From: Actinomycetota bacterium
GTDB lineage: Bacteria > Actinomycetota > Actinomycetes > S36-B12
Length of the DNA: 64,000 nucleotides
NCBI GenBank assembly: GCA_016870195.1
Contig: VGCC01000002.1
Location: 575-64,574 of the forward strand
Reading direction: 5' to 3'
The notes under the pieces were generated by a model, which saw only the letters and a list, made by a program, of their open reading frames with translations, had not been told where the DNA came from and ran no database searches. The position numbers and the translations under genes are program-made. This document shows, in pieces, positions 24,643 through 34,618 of the stretch. Position 1 is the stretch's first letter, and each line of letters opens with the position of its first letter.

Positions 24643-25724
24643 GCATCACCCTGGAGGCCCCATCGCGCGGGCGCCCCCCGGAGCATTTCTTGGACCGGGA
24701 TTCCGCGGGTCGACGCACGTTGGTCGAGGAGCGAGGGCTTCCCGGTTATCGAGCGGACCAGGCATCGCGACATCTGCTCGGTCGATACGAGTTCGACCCG
24801 GACACCTGGACCGACTTCTCCGCGGGTGACCGGGAGACCATGCGCGCACTCCTTCCGGATCTGTTGACCCCCATCCGGACCCTCGAATGCGACGACGGGA
24901 CCACGGTGAAGACCCTGTTCCGGCTCCACGACGGATCACTGGTGGAGTCGGTGCTGATGCGCTACCGCGATCGCACAACGTTGTGCATCTCCTCCCAGGC
25001 GGGTTGCGGGATGAACTGCCCGTTCTGCGCCACCGGCCAAGCGGGTTTGACAAGGAACCTCTCGACGGCCGAGATCGTCGGGCAGGTCCTCGCCGGTGCG
25101 CGTGCGTTGTCCATGGGCGAGGTGTCCGGGGGTCCGGGTCGGGTCAGCAACGTCGTATTCATGGGAATGGGCGAGCCGCTCGCGAACTACTCCGCCGTCG
25201 TGGGCGCCCTCCACCGTCTCGTGGATCCCGTCCCCGCTGGCATGGGCATCAGTGCACGGGGGATCACCGTCTCCACGGTGGGCTTGGTTCCCCGCATCCA
25301 TCAGTTGGCCACCGAAGGCCTTCCGGTCACCCTCGCCGTCTCGCTCCATGCGCCCGACGATGCGTTGCGTGACACACTGGTGCCGATCAACACCCGCTGG
25401 CCCGTGCGGGAGGTGCTCGCCGCGGCATGGGACTACGCAGAGATCACCGGACGCCGCATCAGCATCGAGTACGCGCTCATCCGCGATGTCAATGATCAGC
25501 CGGATCGGGCCGCTGCACTCGCCGATCTCCTGGCAGGACACCTCGTTCACGTCAACGTCATCCCACTCAATCCGACCCCCGGATCGGCATGGACGGCGTC
25601 GACCCCGGAGCGTGAACGTGAATTCGTCCGCATCGTCCGAGATCGCGGCGTGGCCATCACCGTGCGCGATACCCGCGGCAGGGAAATCGACGGAGCCTGC
25701 GGCCAGCTCGCCGCCCTGGCCTAG
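24639..25724 (+). CDS. rlmN: Dual-specificity RNA methyltransferase RlmN (radical SAM)
   Basis: [39 protein letters not shown]. Confidence 0.97.
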   Translation: MSITLEAPSRGRPPEHFLDRDSAGRRTLVEERGLPGYRADQASRHLLGRYEFDPDTWTDFSAGDRETMRALLPDLLTPIRTLECDDGTTVKTLFRLHDGSLVESVLMRYRDRTTLCISSQAGCGMNCPFCATGQAGLTRNLSTAEIVGQVLAGARALSMGEVSGGPGRVSNVVFMGMGEPLANYSAVVGALHRLVDPVPAGMGISARGITVSTVGLVPRIHQLATEGLPVTLAVSLHAPDDALRDTLVPINTRWPVREVLAAAWDYAEITGRRISIEYALIRDVNDQPDRAAALADLLAGHLVHVNVIPLNPTPGSAWTASTPEREREFVRIVRDRGVAITVRDTRGREIDGACGQLAALA

Positions 25725-26365
25725 CCCTGCCGGGATTCGATGACCGCGCTCACCGCGGTGATGGTGTTCTGGCGATGGACGTTGTGCCATCGGACAGTTC
25801 CGCCGATGTCTCCGCGACGCAACGCCTCGAGAATCTCGACGTGTTCGTCATGAATGCGATCGCGGTTGGGCGGGGATGTGAAGTAGACCGAGCGGTAGGC
25901 CTCCGTCGCATCCCACAACTGGCGGATCAGCCTGACCAACCGCGGCATGCCACTGAACTCGAAGAGCGCGAAGTGGAAGCGTCGATTGGCCTCGGAGATG
26001 GCTCGCACATCATCGTCGCGGATCGCGTGGTCGACCCCGGCCATGAGGTCGCTTAGTGCATCGCAGTCCTCAGGAGTCAGCATGGGTACGGCGTGTTCGA
26101 GGGCCTCTGTCTCGAGGATCTCCCGCAACCGATACACCTCCAGTAGATCATCGGTGCTCAAGCGCGTGACGAAATAGCCACGGTGCGGGTGGTAGGTCAC
26201 ATGTCCCTCGGCCTCAAGGATCTTGAGAGCTTCGCGCAGGGGGACCCGGCTGACCCCGAGTCGCTCGGCAAGGCTCTCCTGCACGAGTTGCTCACCTGGG
26301 TCGAAGCGACCGGTGATCAGATCGGTGCGTAGTGCGCGGAGGACTTCTTCCTGGGCGGTCGTCAT
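25721..26365 (-). CDS. GntR (FadR/FCD) transcriptional regulator
   Basis: [16 protein letters not shown] winged HTH; FCD motifs NRRFH and EH. Confidence 0.92.
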   Translation of the reverse strand: MTTAQEEVLRALRTDLITGRFDPGEQLVQESLAERLGVSRVPLREALKILEAEGHVTYHPHRGYFVTRLSTDDLLEVYRLREILETEALEHAVPMLTPEDCDALSDLMAGVDHAIRDDDVRAISEANRRFHFALFEFSGMPRLVRLIRQLWDATEAYRSVYFTSPPNRDRIHDEHVEILEALRRGDIGGTVRWHNVHRQNTITAVSAVIESRQG

Positions 26366-26368
26366 GTC

Positions 26369-27511
26369 TTAGGCGTCCAAACCGAATCGCTCGACGACGG
26401 AATCAGTATCCGCCCCGAGGTGCGGGGCGCGACGACGGTAGCTGGCGGGGCTGCGCGACAGATGGAACGGGGGGGAGACGTGTGCGACCGGATCTGAGGC
26501 GTCGAGCGCGGTGGGTTGGGGCGTGAGCCCTAGGCGACGGGCTAGCTCGAGTCCCTGGGCGATGTCGTTGATCGGTCCGCAGGGAATGCCCGCCTCGGTG
26601 AGCAGGTCATTCCACCGATCCGCGGGAGCGTGCTGGAGCACACCGGTGATGCCCTCCCGGAGTTCGTCACGATGGGCAACGCGGTCCGTGTTGGTGCGGA
26701 ACCGCGGGTCGGCGGCCCACGCTGGGTGCTCGAGAACTGCGCAGAGGACGGCGAACTGCTGGTCGTTACCCACGGCGATCACGATCGGCCTGTCCCCCGT
26801 GGGATACACCTCGTAGGGGGCGATCGACGGATGGGCATTGCCCATGAGTCCCGGAGTGATCCCAGCGCCGAGGACCGAGGATGCTTGATTCACGAGTGCG
26901 CTCAGGGCACTGCCGAGAAGGTTGACCTCGACATGCTGGCCCAGACCCGAGGAGTCGCGCTCGTGAAGTGCGGCGAGGATGGCCACGCATGCGTGGAGTC
27001 CGGTTACCACGTCCACCACCGCGACACCGACCTTTGTGGGCTCCTCACCCCCGGTAATGCTCATCAGGCCGCTAGCGGCTTGCACGAGCAGGTCGTACCC
27101 CGGCAACGTCGCACCGGCACCGGCGCCGAAACCACTGATCGAGCAGTAAATCACCCGAGGGTTGCGAGTGGCGACCGTTGCGTAATCGAGGTCGAAGCGG
27201 ACGAGGGATCCAGCTTTGAAGTTCTCGACAACGACGTCGGCGCGATCGACGAGCCGTTGGACGCGTTCCCGATCGACTGGATCGTCGAGGTCTGCTGCGA
27301 GGGATTCCTTGTTCCGATTGACGCTATGGAAGTACGTGGAGATTCCATCGTCCGCGAAGGGTGGACCCCACCCGCGGGTGTCATCGCCCGTGTCCGATCT
27401 CTCGACCTTGATGACCGTGGCTCCGAGATCGGCGAGGAGCATCGTGCAGTAGGGCCCTGCGAGGACTCTGGAGAGGTCCGCGACGATGAGACCCTCGAGT
27501 GGGCCCGGCAT
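26369..27511 (-). CDS. CaiB/BaiF family III CoA transferase
   Basis: DLSRVLAGPYC, GDDTRGWGPP, NRNKES, ADVVVENF, GYD. Confidence 0.93.
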   Translation of the reverse strand: MPGPLEGLIVADLSRVLAGPYCTMLLADLGATVIKVERSDTGDDTRGWGPPFADDGISTYFHSVNRNKESLAADLDDPVDRERVQRLVDRADVVVENFKAGSLVRFDLDYATVATRNPRVIYCSISGFGAGAGATLPGYDLLVQAASGLMSITGGEEPTKVGVAVVDVVTGLHACVAILAALHERDSSGLGQHVEVNLLGSALSALVNQASSVLGAGITPGLMGNAHPSIAPYEVYPTGDRPIVIAVGNDQQFAVLCAVLEHPAWAADPRFRTNTDRVAHRDELREGITGVLQHAPADRWNDLLTEAGIPCGPINDIAQGLELARRLGLTPQPTALDASDPVAHVSPPFHLSRSPASYRRRAPHLGADTDSVVERFGLDA

Positions 27512-28686
27512 CAGCGGAATGCGGCGATTCCCGTCAGGGCCTCACCGATCACCAGAGTATGCATCTCGTTGGTGCCCTCGTAGGTGTAGACCGATTCGAG
27601 GTTGTTCATGTGGCGGATGATCGGATACTCGAGTGTGATGCCGTTGCCACCGAGGATCCCGCGGGTCTCGCGTGCGATTTCGAGCGCGATTCGTGCATTG
27701 TTCATCTTGCCAACGGAGACCTGTTCGGGGCGGAGCGTGCCGGCCTCCTTGAGGCGACCGAGGTGGATCGCGAGCAGCATCGCGTTTCCGAGGTCGACGC
27801 TCATATCCGCAAGCTTGCGCTGGGTCAGTTGGTAGGCCGCGATGGGCTTGCCAAACTGCTCGCGATCGATGGCGTAGTCGATGGCCGTCTCGAGGCAGTC
27901 ACGTCCGGCGCCGACCGTGCCGAAGATGATGCCGAACCGTGCCTCGTTCAGGCAACTGAGCGGGCCGCGAAGCCCCACGACGCCCGGGAGGACGGCATCG
28001 GCCGGGAGTCGGACGTTGTCGAAGACGAGCTCTGCGGTTACCGAGGCGCGAAGCGACATCTTGTGCTTCACGTCGTTGGCGGTGAATCCGGGTAGGTCCG
28101 TGGGCACGATGAAGCCGCGGATCCCGTCGTCGGTCTGTGCCCAGACGATGGCGAGGTCGGCGATGGTTCCGTTGGTGATCCACATCTTCGAGCCGTTGAG
28201 CAGCCAATCGTCGCCATCGCGCTTGGCCGAGCTGCGCATGCCGGAGGGATTCGAACCGTAGTCCGCCTCGGTGAGACCGAAACACCCGATGAGGTCACCG
28301 GCAGCCATACCCGGAAGCCATGCGTTCTTCTGCTCCTCGGATCCAAATGCGTGGATGGCGTACATCGCCAGAGAGCCCTGCACGCTGACCATCGAGCGGA
28401 TACCGGAGTCTCCGGCCTCCAGTTCGAGATCGGCCAGTCCATAGGGGACGGCGGACATTCCGGCACAGCCGTAGCCCTCGAGGTGCATCCCCATGAGTCC
28501 GAGCGCACCGCACTCCTTGGCCAGGTCACGTGCCGGGAGATGGCCCTTCTCGAACCATTCCGCCACGTTCGGCCGGATAGTGCTGTCGACGAACGTGCGC
28601 ACGACGTCGCGGATCGCCTTCTCCTCTTCGGAGAGGAGGGAGTCGATGTTGTAGAGAGCGAATGGGTGCTGTGGGGACTTGCTCAT
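27511..28686 (-). CDS. Acyl-CoA dehydrogenase, glutaryl-CoA dehydrogenase-like
   Basis: DSGIRSMVSVQGSL, CFGLTE, GSKMWITN, LGGNGI, NLESVYTYEGT. Confidence 0.88.
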   Translation of the reverse strand: MSKSPQHPFALYNIDSLLSEEEKAIRDVVRTFVDSTIRPNVAEWFEKGHLPARDLAKECGALGLMGMHLEGYGCAGMSAVPYGLADLELEAGDSGIRSMVSVQGSLAMYAIHAFGSEEQKNAWLPGMAAGDLIGCFGLTEADYGSNPSGMRSSAKRDGDDWLLNGSKMWITNGTIADLAIVWAQTDDGIRGFIVPTDLPGFTANDVKHKMSLRASVTAELVFDNVRLPADAVLPGVVGLRGPLSCLNEARFGIIFGTVGAGRDCLETAIDYAIDREQFGKPIAAYQLTQRKLADMSVDLGNAMLLAIHLGRLKEAGTLRPEQVSVGKMNNARIALEIARETRGILGGNGITLEYPIIRHMNNLESVYTYEGTNEMHTLVIGEALTGIAAFR

Positions 28687-28723
28687 CGGACCTCCGGGCT
28701 CAGGATTGGATCCAATCGTAGTG

Positions 28724-30097
28724 TCATCCGCCGAGTAGGCGCGTCACGATCGATGCCGAGAGGGGGGTCCTCCCGCGTCTCTCCTCGGCCGAGTCCGCGC
28801 GGGACATGACCTGGAGCCCGGCGTTCACGCCCAGCCAGCGGAGGGGCTCGGGCTCCCATCGGGGGGATCGGTGCCCCACCCACGGGAGGTGTGTGCGTGG
28901 GGAGTCGACCCCGACGATCAGGTCGGCGAGGGTGCGACCACCGAGGAAGGAGGTCGTGACGCCGTCTCCCACGTACCCACCACTCCACCCGAGTCCGGTG
29001 TCGTGATCTAGGCCGCAGCTAGGCCACCAGTCGCGCGCCACACCGAGGGGGCCACCCCACGTGTGGGTGACGCGGTACTCCGCGAGGACCGGGAAAAGAT
29101 CGAGCAACGTGGCCCAGAGTGCCCGATGGATCCTCGGGTCGCGATCGTTGACTGGATCGATATCCGAGCCAAAGTGGTACGGCGCGCCGCGCCCGCCGAA
29201 GGCGATGCGATCGTCGGCGGTGCGCTGTCCGTAGATGATCAGGTGTCGACCATCGGAGAACGTAGCTCGATCTGCGAGGCCGATCTCGTCCCAGACCTGC
29301 GCAGGGAGCGGTTCCGTCGCCAGCATGAGCGAGTAGATAGGGGCCAATGTGCGACGCAAGCCGCCTAGGCGCGCTGTGTACCCCTCCGTGGCACGGATCA
29401 CGTAGCGCGCGCGGATCGTCCGATCATCCGTACGCACCGCGCCGGATTCGATGCGGTGGACTGGAGTGTGCTCGACGAGGGTGGCTCCTCGTTCCACGAC
29501 CGTGCGTGCGAGCAATCGGACGAGTCGAGCAGGATGCAGCGCAGCACAGTGGGGGGTGTACGTCGCGGAGAGGAGATCCGTGGGGCGCATGAGCGCGCTG
29601 GCCTGCGCGCGGTCAAGGAAGGTGGGCGCGTCGAGTCCCCAGGCGGCAGCGTGTGCGACTTCCTCGTGCGCACGGTTCACCTGTAGGGGGGTACGCGCCG
29701 CAACGATGGTGCCACCGTGCGCCCAATCGATGTTCCATCCCTCCGCGGCGGCTGTGCTTCCGAGGTCGGTGACCGAATCGATCATCGTCGTCGTTGTGGC
29801 GAGCGCGGCCTCCGTACCGTTGCTGCGCGCGATGGCCTCACGCTCCACGGGAAACAGGGCGGACGCCCACCCCCCGTTGCGGCCGCTCGCGCCGAAGCCG
29901 GCCACGTGGGCATCGACAAGGACGATGCGCAGGCCGGGATCAAGCCGCTGCAGGTGGTACGCGGTCCAGAGTCCGGTGTACCCGGCGCCGACGATCGCGA
30001 CGTCGGCATCGACGTCGGACACCAGACGCCCGCCCAGGGGAGTGCGCAGTTCCTCGGGTAGGGAGTCCCACCAGAACGAGATATTTGCGGGATTCAC
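28724..30097 (-). CDS. FAD-dependent oxidoreductase (DAO/PuuB-like amine oxidase)
   Basis: GAGYTGLW, GASGRNGGW, ATEGY, GYVGDGV; start GTG 30097 overlaps the upstream stop. Confidence 0.85.
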   Translation of the reverse strand: MNPANISFWWDSLPEELRTPLGGRLVSDVDADVAIVGAGYTGLWTAYHLQRLDPGLRIVLVDAHVAGFGASGRNGGWASALFPVEREAIARSNGTEAALATTTTMIDSVTDLGSTAAAEGWNIDWAHGGTIVAARTPLQVNRAHEEVAHAAAWGLDAPTFLDRAQASALMRPTDLLSATYTPHCAALHPARLVRLLARTVVERGATLVEHTPVHRIESGAVRTDDRTIRARYVIRATEGYTARLGGLRRTLAPIYSLMLATEPLPAQVWDEIGLADRATFSDGRHLIIYGQRTADDRIAFGGRGAPYHFGSDIDPVNDRDPRIHRALWATLLDLFPVLAEYRVTHTWGGPLGVARDWWPSCGLDHDTGLGWSGGYVGDGVTTSFLGGRTLADLIVGVDSPRTHLPWVGHRSPRWEPEPLRWLGVNAGLQVMSRADSAEERRGRTPLSASIVTRLLGG

Positions 30098-30777
30098 TGC
30101 TTCCCCGGTGGGGTCCAGGACGCGATGTAGTCGGGAGACGGAGTACCAGCGGGCGTCGCGTCGTCTGCTCGGGGTGGTCCCCACCGGGACTCGATCGGGA
30201 CAACGCCAGCCCACAGGGCGGAAATGCGCGGATCGGCGCGATCTTCCTCGGTGTCGAGGGGCTCGCCGTCGGAGACCTTCACGGCGATCTCGTCGAGTGG
30301 GAACGCAATGGTGAGGGTCGCCTTGAGTTCCTGCGGTGCGGGGTGGCGTGCGTCGGCATAGCGACCGGGGAGCATGTGCTCGGACATGATTCTCAGCGCC
30401 TCATCGACTTCGTCTGAGCGTACTTCGATGGCGGATCCGAATGCGGTCACGCTGCGATAGTGCATGCTCGATTCGAAGAGACTTCGCGCGAGCACGACAC
30501 CATCGAGAAGGGTGACGTTCACGACGGCTGGGACGCCTGATGCCAGGGCACGTATCGTGCGTGACGCGCGGGACCCGTGCATGAGGAGACGGTCGTGATC
30601 ACGTGCGTAGGCAAGGGGAGTGAGTACCGGACCGTCGTCCCCCTGGTGCGCGACATGTGCGAGCAGGCCTGCGTCCAGGATGGCGTACGCAGTGTCGCGG
30701 TCGGGGACCGCCTTCTCGGGAAGGCGGTGGATAGTCGTGCGCCGCGTCGAACCGGGCGGCGCTAGAGAATCGTCCAT
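30094..30777 (-). CDS. Pyridoxamine 5'-phosphate oxidase-like flavin-binding protein
   Basis: HGSRASR, VTLLDGVVLARSLF..SMHYRSV, WAGVVP. Confidence 0.85.
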   Translation of the reverse strand: MDDSLAPPGSTRRTTIHRLPEKAVPDRDTAYAILDAGLLAHVAHQGDDGPVLTPLAYARDHDRLLMHGSRASRTIRALASGVPAVVNVTLLDGVVLARSLFESSMHYRSVTAFGSAIEVRSDEVDEALRIMSEHMLPGRYADARHPAPQELKATLTIAFPLDEIAVKVSDGEPLDTEEDRADPRISALWAGVVPIESRWGPPRADDATPAGTPSPDYIASWTPPGKQ

Positions 30778-32162
30778 GCCTCGGTCAACGTCTGGCGCAG
30801 AACCTGCTCGATCTCGTCAAATTCCTTTTGGCCGATGATGAGCGCGGGCGCGAGCTGCACCACGGGGTCACCTCTATCGTCGGCCCGGCAGTACAGGCCG
30901 TTGTCGAACAAGGCCTTGGACAAGAAGCCGCGAAGCAGCCGTTCCGCCTCGTCATCGGTGAACGTCTCCCGGGTCACCTTGTCCTTGACCAACTCGATTC
31001 CGAAGAAGTAACCGGCGCCCCGCACATCGCCCACGATCGGCAGGTCACGCAACTTCTCGAGTGTTGAGCGGAAAGCACCTTCGTTCTCCAGGACGTGCTG
31101 ATTAATCCCTTCGCGTTCGAAGATGTCGAGATTCGCCATCGCAACGGCCGCACTGACCGGATGCCCACCCCAGGTATAGCCATGGAGGAATGCGTTCGAG
31201 CCCTTGGTGAAGGGCTCGAACAGACGATCACTTGCGATCATCGCCCCGAGGGGCGAGTAGCCCGACGTCATGCCCTTCGCGCACGTGATCATGTCGGGAA
31301 CCACCCCGAACCGGTTCATCGCGAACATGTCGCCGATACGCCCGAACGCTGTGATCGTTTCGTCGGCAACGAATAGCACGCCGTACTGGTCGCAGATCTC
31401 TCGCACTCGCTCGAGGTAACCCGGGGGCGGCGGGAAGCAGCCGCCGGAGTTTTGGACCGGCTCCAGAAAAACCGCCGCGACGCTGTCGGGTCCTTCGAAC
31501 TCGATGGCCTCCGCGATTCGGTTCGCCGCCCACAGTCCGAAGGCCTTCTCGTCGTACCGGTACTCCTCCGGCGCGCGATAGAAATTCGTGTTAGGGACCT
31601 TGACGCCGCCGGGAACAAGTGGCTCGAACGGAATCTTCGCCGGCGGAATTCCGGTGATGCTCAATGCACCTTGCGGGGTTCCGTGGTAAGCGATCGATCG
31701 GCTAATCACCTTGTGCTTGGTGGGCTTGCCGGTCATCTTGAAGTACTGCTTCGCCAACTTCCAGGCGGTTTCAACCGCCTCGCCGCCACCCGAGGTGAAG
31801 AAGACCCGGTTGAGGTCGCCGGGGGCGTAGGCAGCCAGTCGTTCGGCGAGCTCGATGGCGCGGGGGTGGGCGTAGGACCACACTGGGAAGAAGGCCAGTT
31901 CCTCAGCTTGGGCGGCAGCGGCGGCCGCCAGCTCCTTGCGTCCATGGCCCACCTGCACAACGAACAGGCCGGCGAGGCCATCGATGTATCGCCGCCCCTG
32001 GTCGTCCCAGATGTAGCAGCCGTCGCCCTTCACAATCACGGGCACGTGGCCGCCGTCGTAGTACACGGAGTGGCGGGTGAAGTGCATCCACAGGTGGTCC
32101 CGGGCACGTGCCGCCAGGGAGTCCGGGCCGGATTCCGTCACGAACTGCGGTGTCGTTGTCAT
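30762..32162 (-). CDS. Class III PLP aminotransferase (omega-amine/diamine type)
   Basis: SGGGEAVE, AYHG, EPVQNSGG, DETITAFGR, TCAKG (PLP Lys), HGYTWGGHP; start ATG 32162 overlaps the Lrp stop. Confidence 0.92.
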   Translation of the reverse strand: MTTTPQFVTESGPDSLAARARDHLWMHFTRHSVYYDGGHVPVIVKGDGCYIWDDQGRRYIDGLAGLFVVQVGHGRKELAAAAAAQAEELAFFPVWSYAHPRAIELAERLAAYAPGDLNRVFFTSGGGEAVETAWKLAKQYFKMTGKPTKHKVISRSIAYHGTPQGALSITGIPPAKIPFEPLVPGGVKVPNTNFYRAPEEYRYDEKAFGLWAANRIAEAIEFEGPDSVAAVFLEPVQNSGGCFPPPPGYLERVREICDQYGVLFVADETITAFGRIGDMFAMNRFGVVPDMITCAKGMTSGYSPLGAMIASDRLFEPFTKGSNAFLHGYTWGGHPVSAAVAMANLDIFEREGINQHVLENEGAFRSTLEKLRDLPIVGDVRGAGYFFGIELVKDKVTRETFTDDEAERLLRGFLSKALFDNGLYCRADDRGDPVVQLAPALIIGQKEFDEIEQVLRQTLTEAWTIL

Positions 32163-32620
32163 CGTGTTCCCCATGCGTAGAACTGCTTGCGCAGTTTGAG
32201 ATAGACGAAAGTCTCAGTGGCGCGGACTCCCGGGATGCCACGGATCGACTGGTTGACGACCCGAAGCAGGTGGTCGTCGTCTTCGGCGGTGACCTCGGCG
32301 AGGATGTCGAAGGAACCTGCACAGATCACCAGGTAGTCGACCTCGGGCAAGGCCTCCATCGCCGTGGCCACCGGATCGATATCCCCGTCGACCCTGATCC
32401 CGACCATGGCTGCGCGGGGGAAGCCCACCTGCATCGGGTCGGTGACGGCGACAATCTGGAGGATTCCTGCGTCTTGGAGGCGCCCCACGCGTTGACGCAC
32501 GGCCGCCTCGGAGAGACCGACGGCCTTTCCGATCGACGCATAGGGGCGGCGGCCGTCCTGCTGGAGCTGCTCAATGATCGCCCGGGAGACGTCGTCAAGA
32601 ACGGCGGGGCGGGTGGCCAT
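32159..32620 (-). CDS. Lrp/AsnC family regulator
   Basis: LQQDGRRPYASIGKAVGLSEAAVRQRV, GSFD; start set at ATG 32620. Confidence 0.93.
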   Translation of the reverse strand: MATRPAVLDDVSRAIIEQLQQDGRRPYASIGKAVGLSEAAVRQRVGRLQDAGILQIVAVTDPMQVGFPRAAMVGIRVDGDIDPVATAMEALPEVDYLVICAGSFDILAEVTAEDDDHLLRVVNQSIRGIPGVRATETFVYLKLRKQFYAWGTR

Positions 32621-32773
32621 GGCCCTATCCTGCCGAGGGGGGACCACCGAAAGCAAATGATTTCGTAGGCTCAACCCGGATTTCGCCACGAATTCAGGCC
32701 CTTTCTTCCGACCAATACCGCGAAAAGCGCACTTTCAGTAGGCTGTCCGCACCTTCGATTTCAGGGAGTCGCC

Positions 32774-34216
32774 GTGGCACGCGCAGTTCGCAACCTCATC
32801 AATGGACAGTCGTCGGAATCGGCCGATGGTCGGACGAGCGACCTCGTCAATCCCACAACGGGGGAGGTGTTCGCAACGGCACCGGTGTCCTCAGCGACGG
32901 ACGTGGATCGTGCCTACGCGTCGGCGCAGGCAGCTTTCGAGTCCTGGCGGGATACAACACCCTCAGAGCGACAGGCCGCCCTGTTGAAGATCGCGGATGC
33001 GCTGGAGTCCCATGCCGAGGAGCTGATCGCCCTGGAATCCGAGAACACCGGCAAGCCGGTTCCGGTCACAGCGGCGGAGGAGATCCCGCCGATGCTGGAT
33101 CAAATCCGCTTCTTCGCGGGCGCCGCTCGCGTGCTGGAGGGTCGCGCAGCAGGGGAGTACATGCGCGGATTCACGTCGATCATCCGTCGCGAGCCGATCG
33201 GCGTGATCGGTCAGGTCACTCCGTGGAACTACCCCATGCTCATGGCGGTGTGGAAGTTCGCCCCGGCGATCGCTGCCGGTAATGCCGTGGTACTCAAGCC
33301 CAGCGACACCACACCGGTTTCCACGGTGCGCATGGCCGAGATCATCACCGAGGCGGACGCGCTTCCGCCCGGTGTGCTGAACGTGATCTGCGGTGACCGG
33401 GATACCGGGCGTGCGCTGGTGGAGCACCCCATCCCGCAGATGGTGGCGATCACCGGGTCTGTGCGCGCCGGCATGCAGGTCGCGGAATCGGCCGCTCGCG
33501 ACGTGAAGCGTGTCCACCTGGAGTTGGGCGGCAAGGCTCCCGTCGTCATCTTCGACGATGCCGATATCGCGGCTGCAGCAGAGTGGCTCGCTGTCGCCGG
33601 ATACTTCAACGCTGGCCAGGACTGCACGGCAGCCACGCGAATGATCGTCGGCCCCGGCATTCACGATGAGTTCGTGGCAGCGCTCGCCGAGCAAGCGGCC
33701 GCGACCGCTACGACCTTCCAGGACGGGCCAACCGGTGACGGGCTGGTCCCTCCGGTCAACAACATCAACCAGTTCGAACGCGTCCTCGGCTTCCTTGAGC
33801 GGACGCCCTCGCACGCATCGATTGCCGCCGGAGGCAAGCGGCAGGGGGAGAAGGGCTTCTTCATCGAACCCACGGTCGTGTCCGGCCTGCAGCAGGACGA
33901 CGAGATGATCCAGAACGAGGTCTTCGGGCCGGTCATCACGGTGCAGAAGTTCTTCGACGAAGCCGAAGCCCTGCGTTGGGCCAATGGCGTCAACTACGGC
34001 TTGGCGTCATCGGTCTGGACGAGGGACTTCGGTCGCGCGATGCGCATGGCGCGGGGCCTGGACTTCGGCTGTGTCTGGATCAACACACATATTCCACTGG
34101 TGGCCGAGATGCCCCACGGCGGGTTCAAGCACTCCGGCTACGGCAAGGACCTGTCGATGTACGGATTCGAGGACTACACCCGGATCAAGCACGTGATGGC
34201 GAATATCGACAGTTAG
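32774..34216 (+). CDS. Gamma-aminobutyraldehyde dehydrogenase-like ALDH
   Basis: [44 protein letters not shown]. Confidence 0.9.
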   Translation: MARAVRNLINGQSSESADGRTSDLVNPTTGEVFATAPVSSATDVDRAYASAQAAFESWRDTTPSERQAALLKIADALESHAEELIALESENTGKPVPVTAAEEIPPMLDQIRFFAGAARVLEGRAAGEYMRGFTSIIRREPIGVIGQVTPWNYPMLMAVWKFAPAIAAGNAVVLKPSDTTPVSTVRMAEIITEADALPPGVLNVICGDRDTGRALVEHPIPQMVAITGSVRAGMQVAESAARDVKRVHLELGGKAPVVIFDDADIAAAAEWLAVAGYFNAGQDCTAATRMIVGPGIHDEFVAALAEQAAATATTFQDGPTGDGLVPPVNNINQFERVLGFLERTPSHASIAAGGKRQGEKGFFIEPTVVSGLQQDDEMIQNEVFGPVITVQKFFDEAEALRWANGVNYGLASSVWTRDFGRAMRMARGLDFGCVWINTHIPLVAEMPHGGFKHSGYGKDLSMYGFEDYTRIKHVMANIDS

Positions 34217-34276
34217 GCACGTAAAAGGAGGGGCCCGGGCATCACGCCCGAGCCCCTTCCTCGTTCGACGTGCCTA
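34214..34276. terminator. Hairpin terminator between convergent genes
   Basis: GGGGCCCGGGC-ATCAC-GCCCGAGCCCC stem (34230-34256); AAAA at 34223-34226 gives a U tail on the minus strand; outer inverted repeat TAGGCACGT/ACGTGCCTA. Confidence 0.75.
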
Positions 34277-34579
34277 GGTTCCACCCTCCTTGAGGGTCAC
34301 CGTGATCGGGGCGAATCCTTCCCCGGTGGTGTTGAGGCCCTCCGCCTCAAGCGTCGCATTGGCCGCGTCGACGTATTGCTCCGTGCATGCCTCCGCCGGG
34401 GGTGCAGCTGTGATCACCGTCGCACCCTCCAGGTTGGGCGTTTTCGCCGAGATAAGAACGGTGATATGCCATAGATCAATATTTATATAACCGACACCGT
34501 TGAAAGATGGCCAGGGAGATACCAGCCAACCCGCAGAGCACGGATAACGTGCCACCCCGCAGGTGCGCGGTGACCCCAC
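34274..34579 (-). pseudogene. Probable C-terminal remnant of an ABC substrate-binding protein
   Basis: WPS.NGVGYI..DLW..TV...TPNLEGATVITAAP...FAPITVTLKEGGT resembles, from memory, the C-terminus of NMT1/THI5-like SBPs in actinobacterial pyrimidine clusters. No signal peptide; AT-rich patch near 34460-34500. Confidence 0.5.
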
Positions 34580-34618
34580 ATGATCGACGAGGGGGCGCGG
34601 CGGTTGAGCTCCCGGCGC

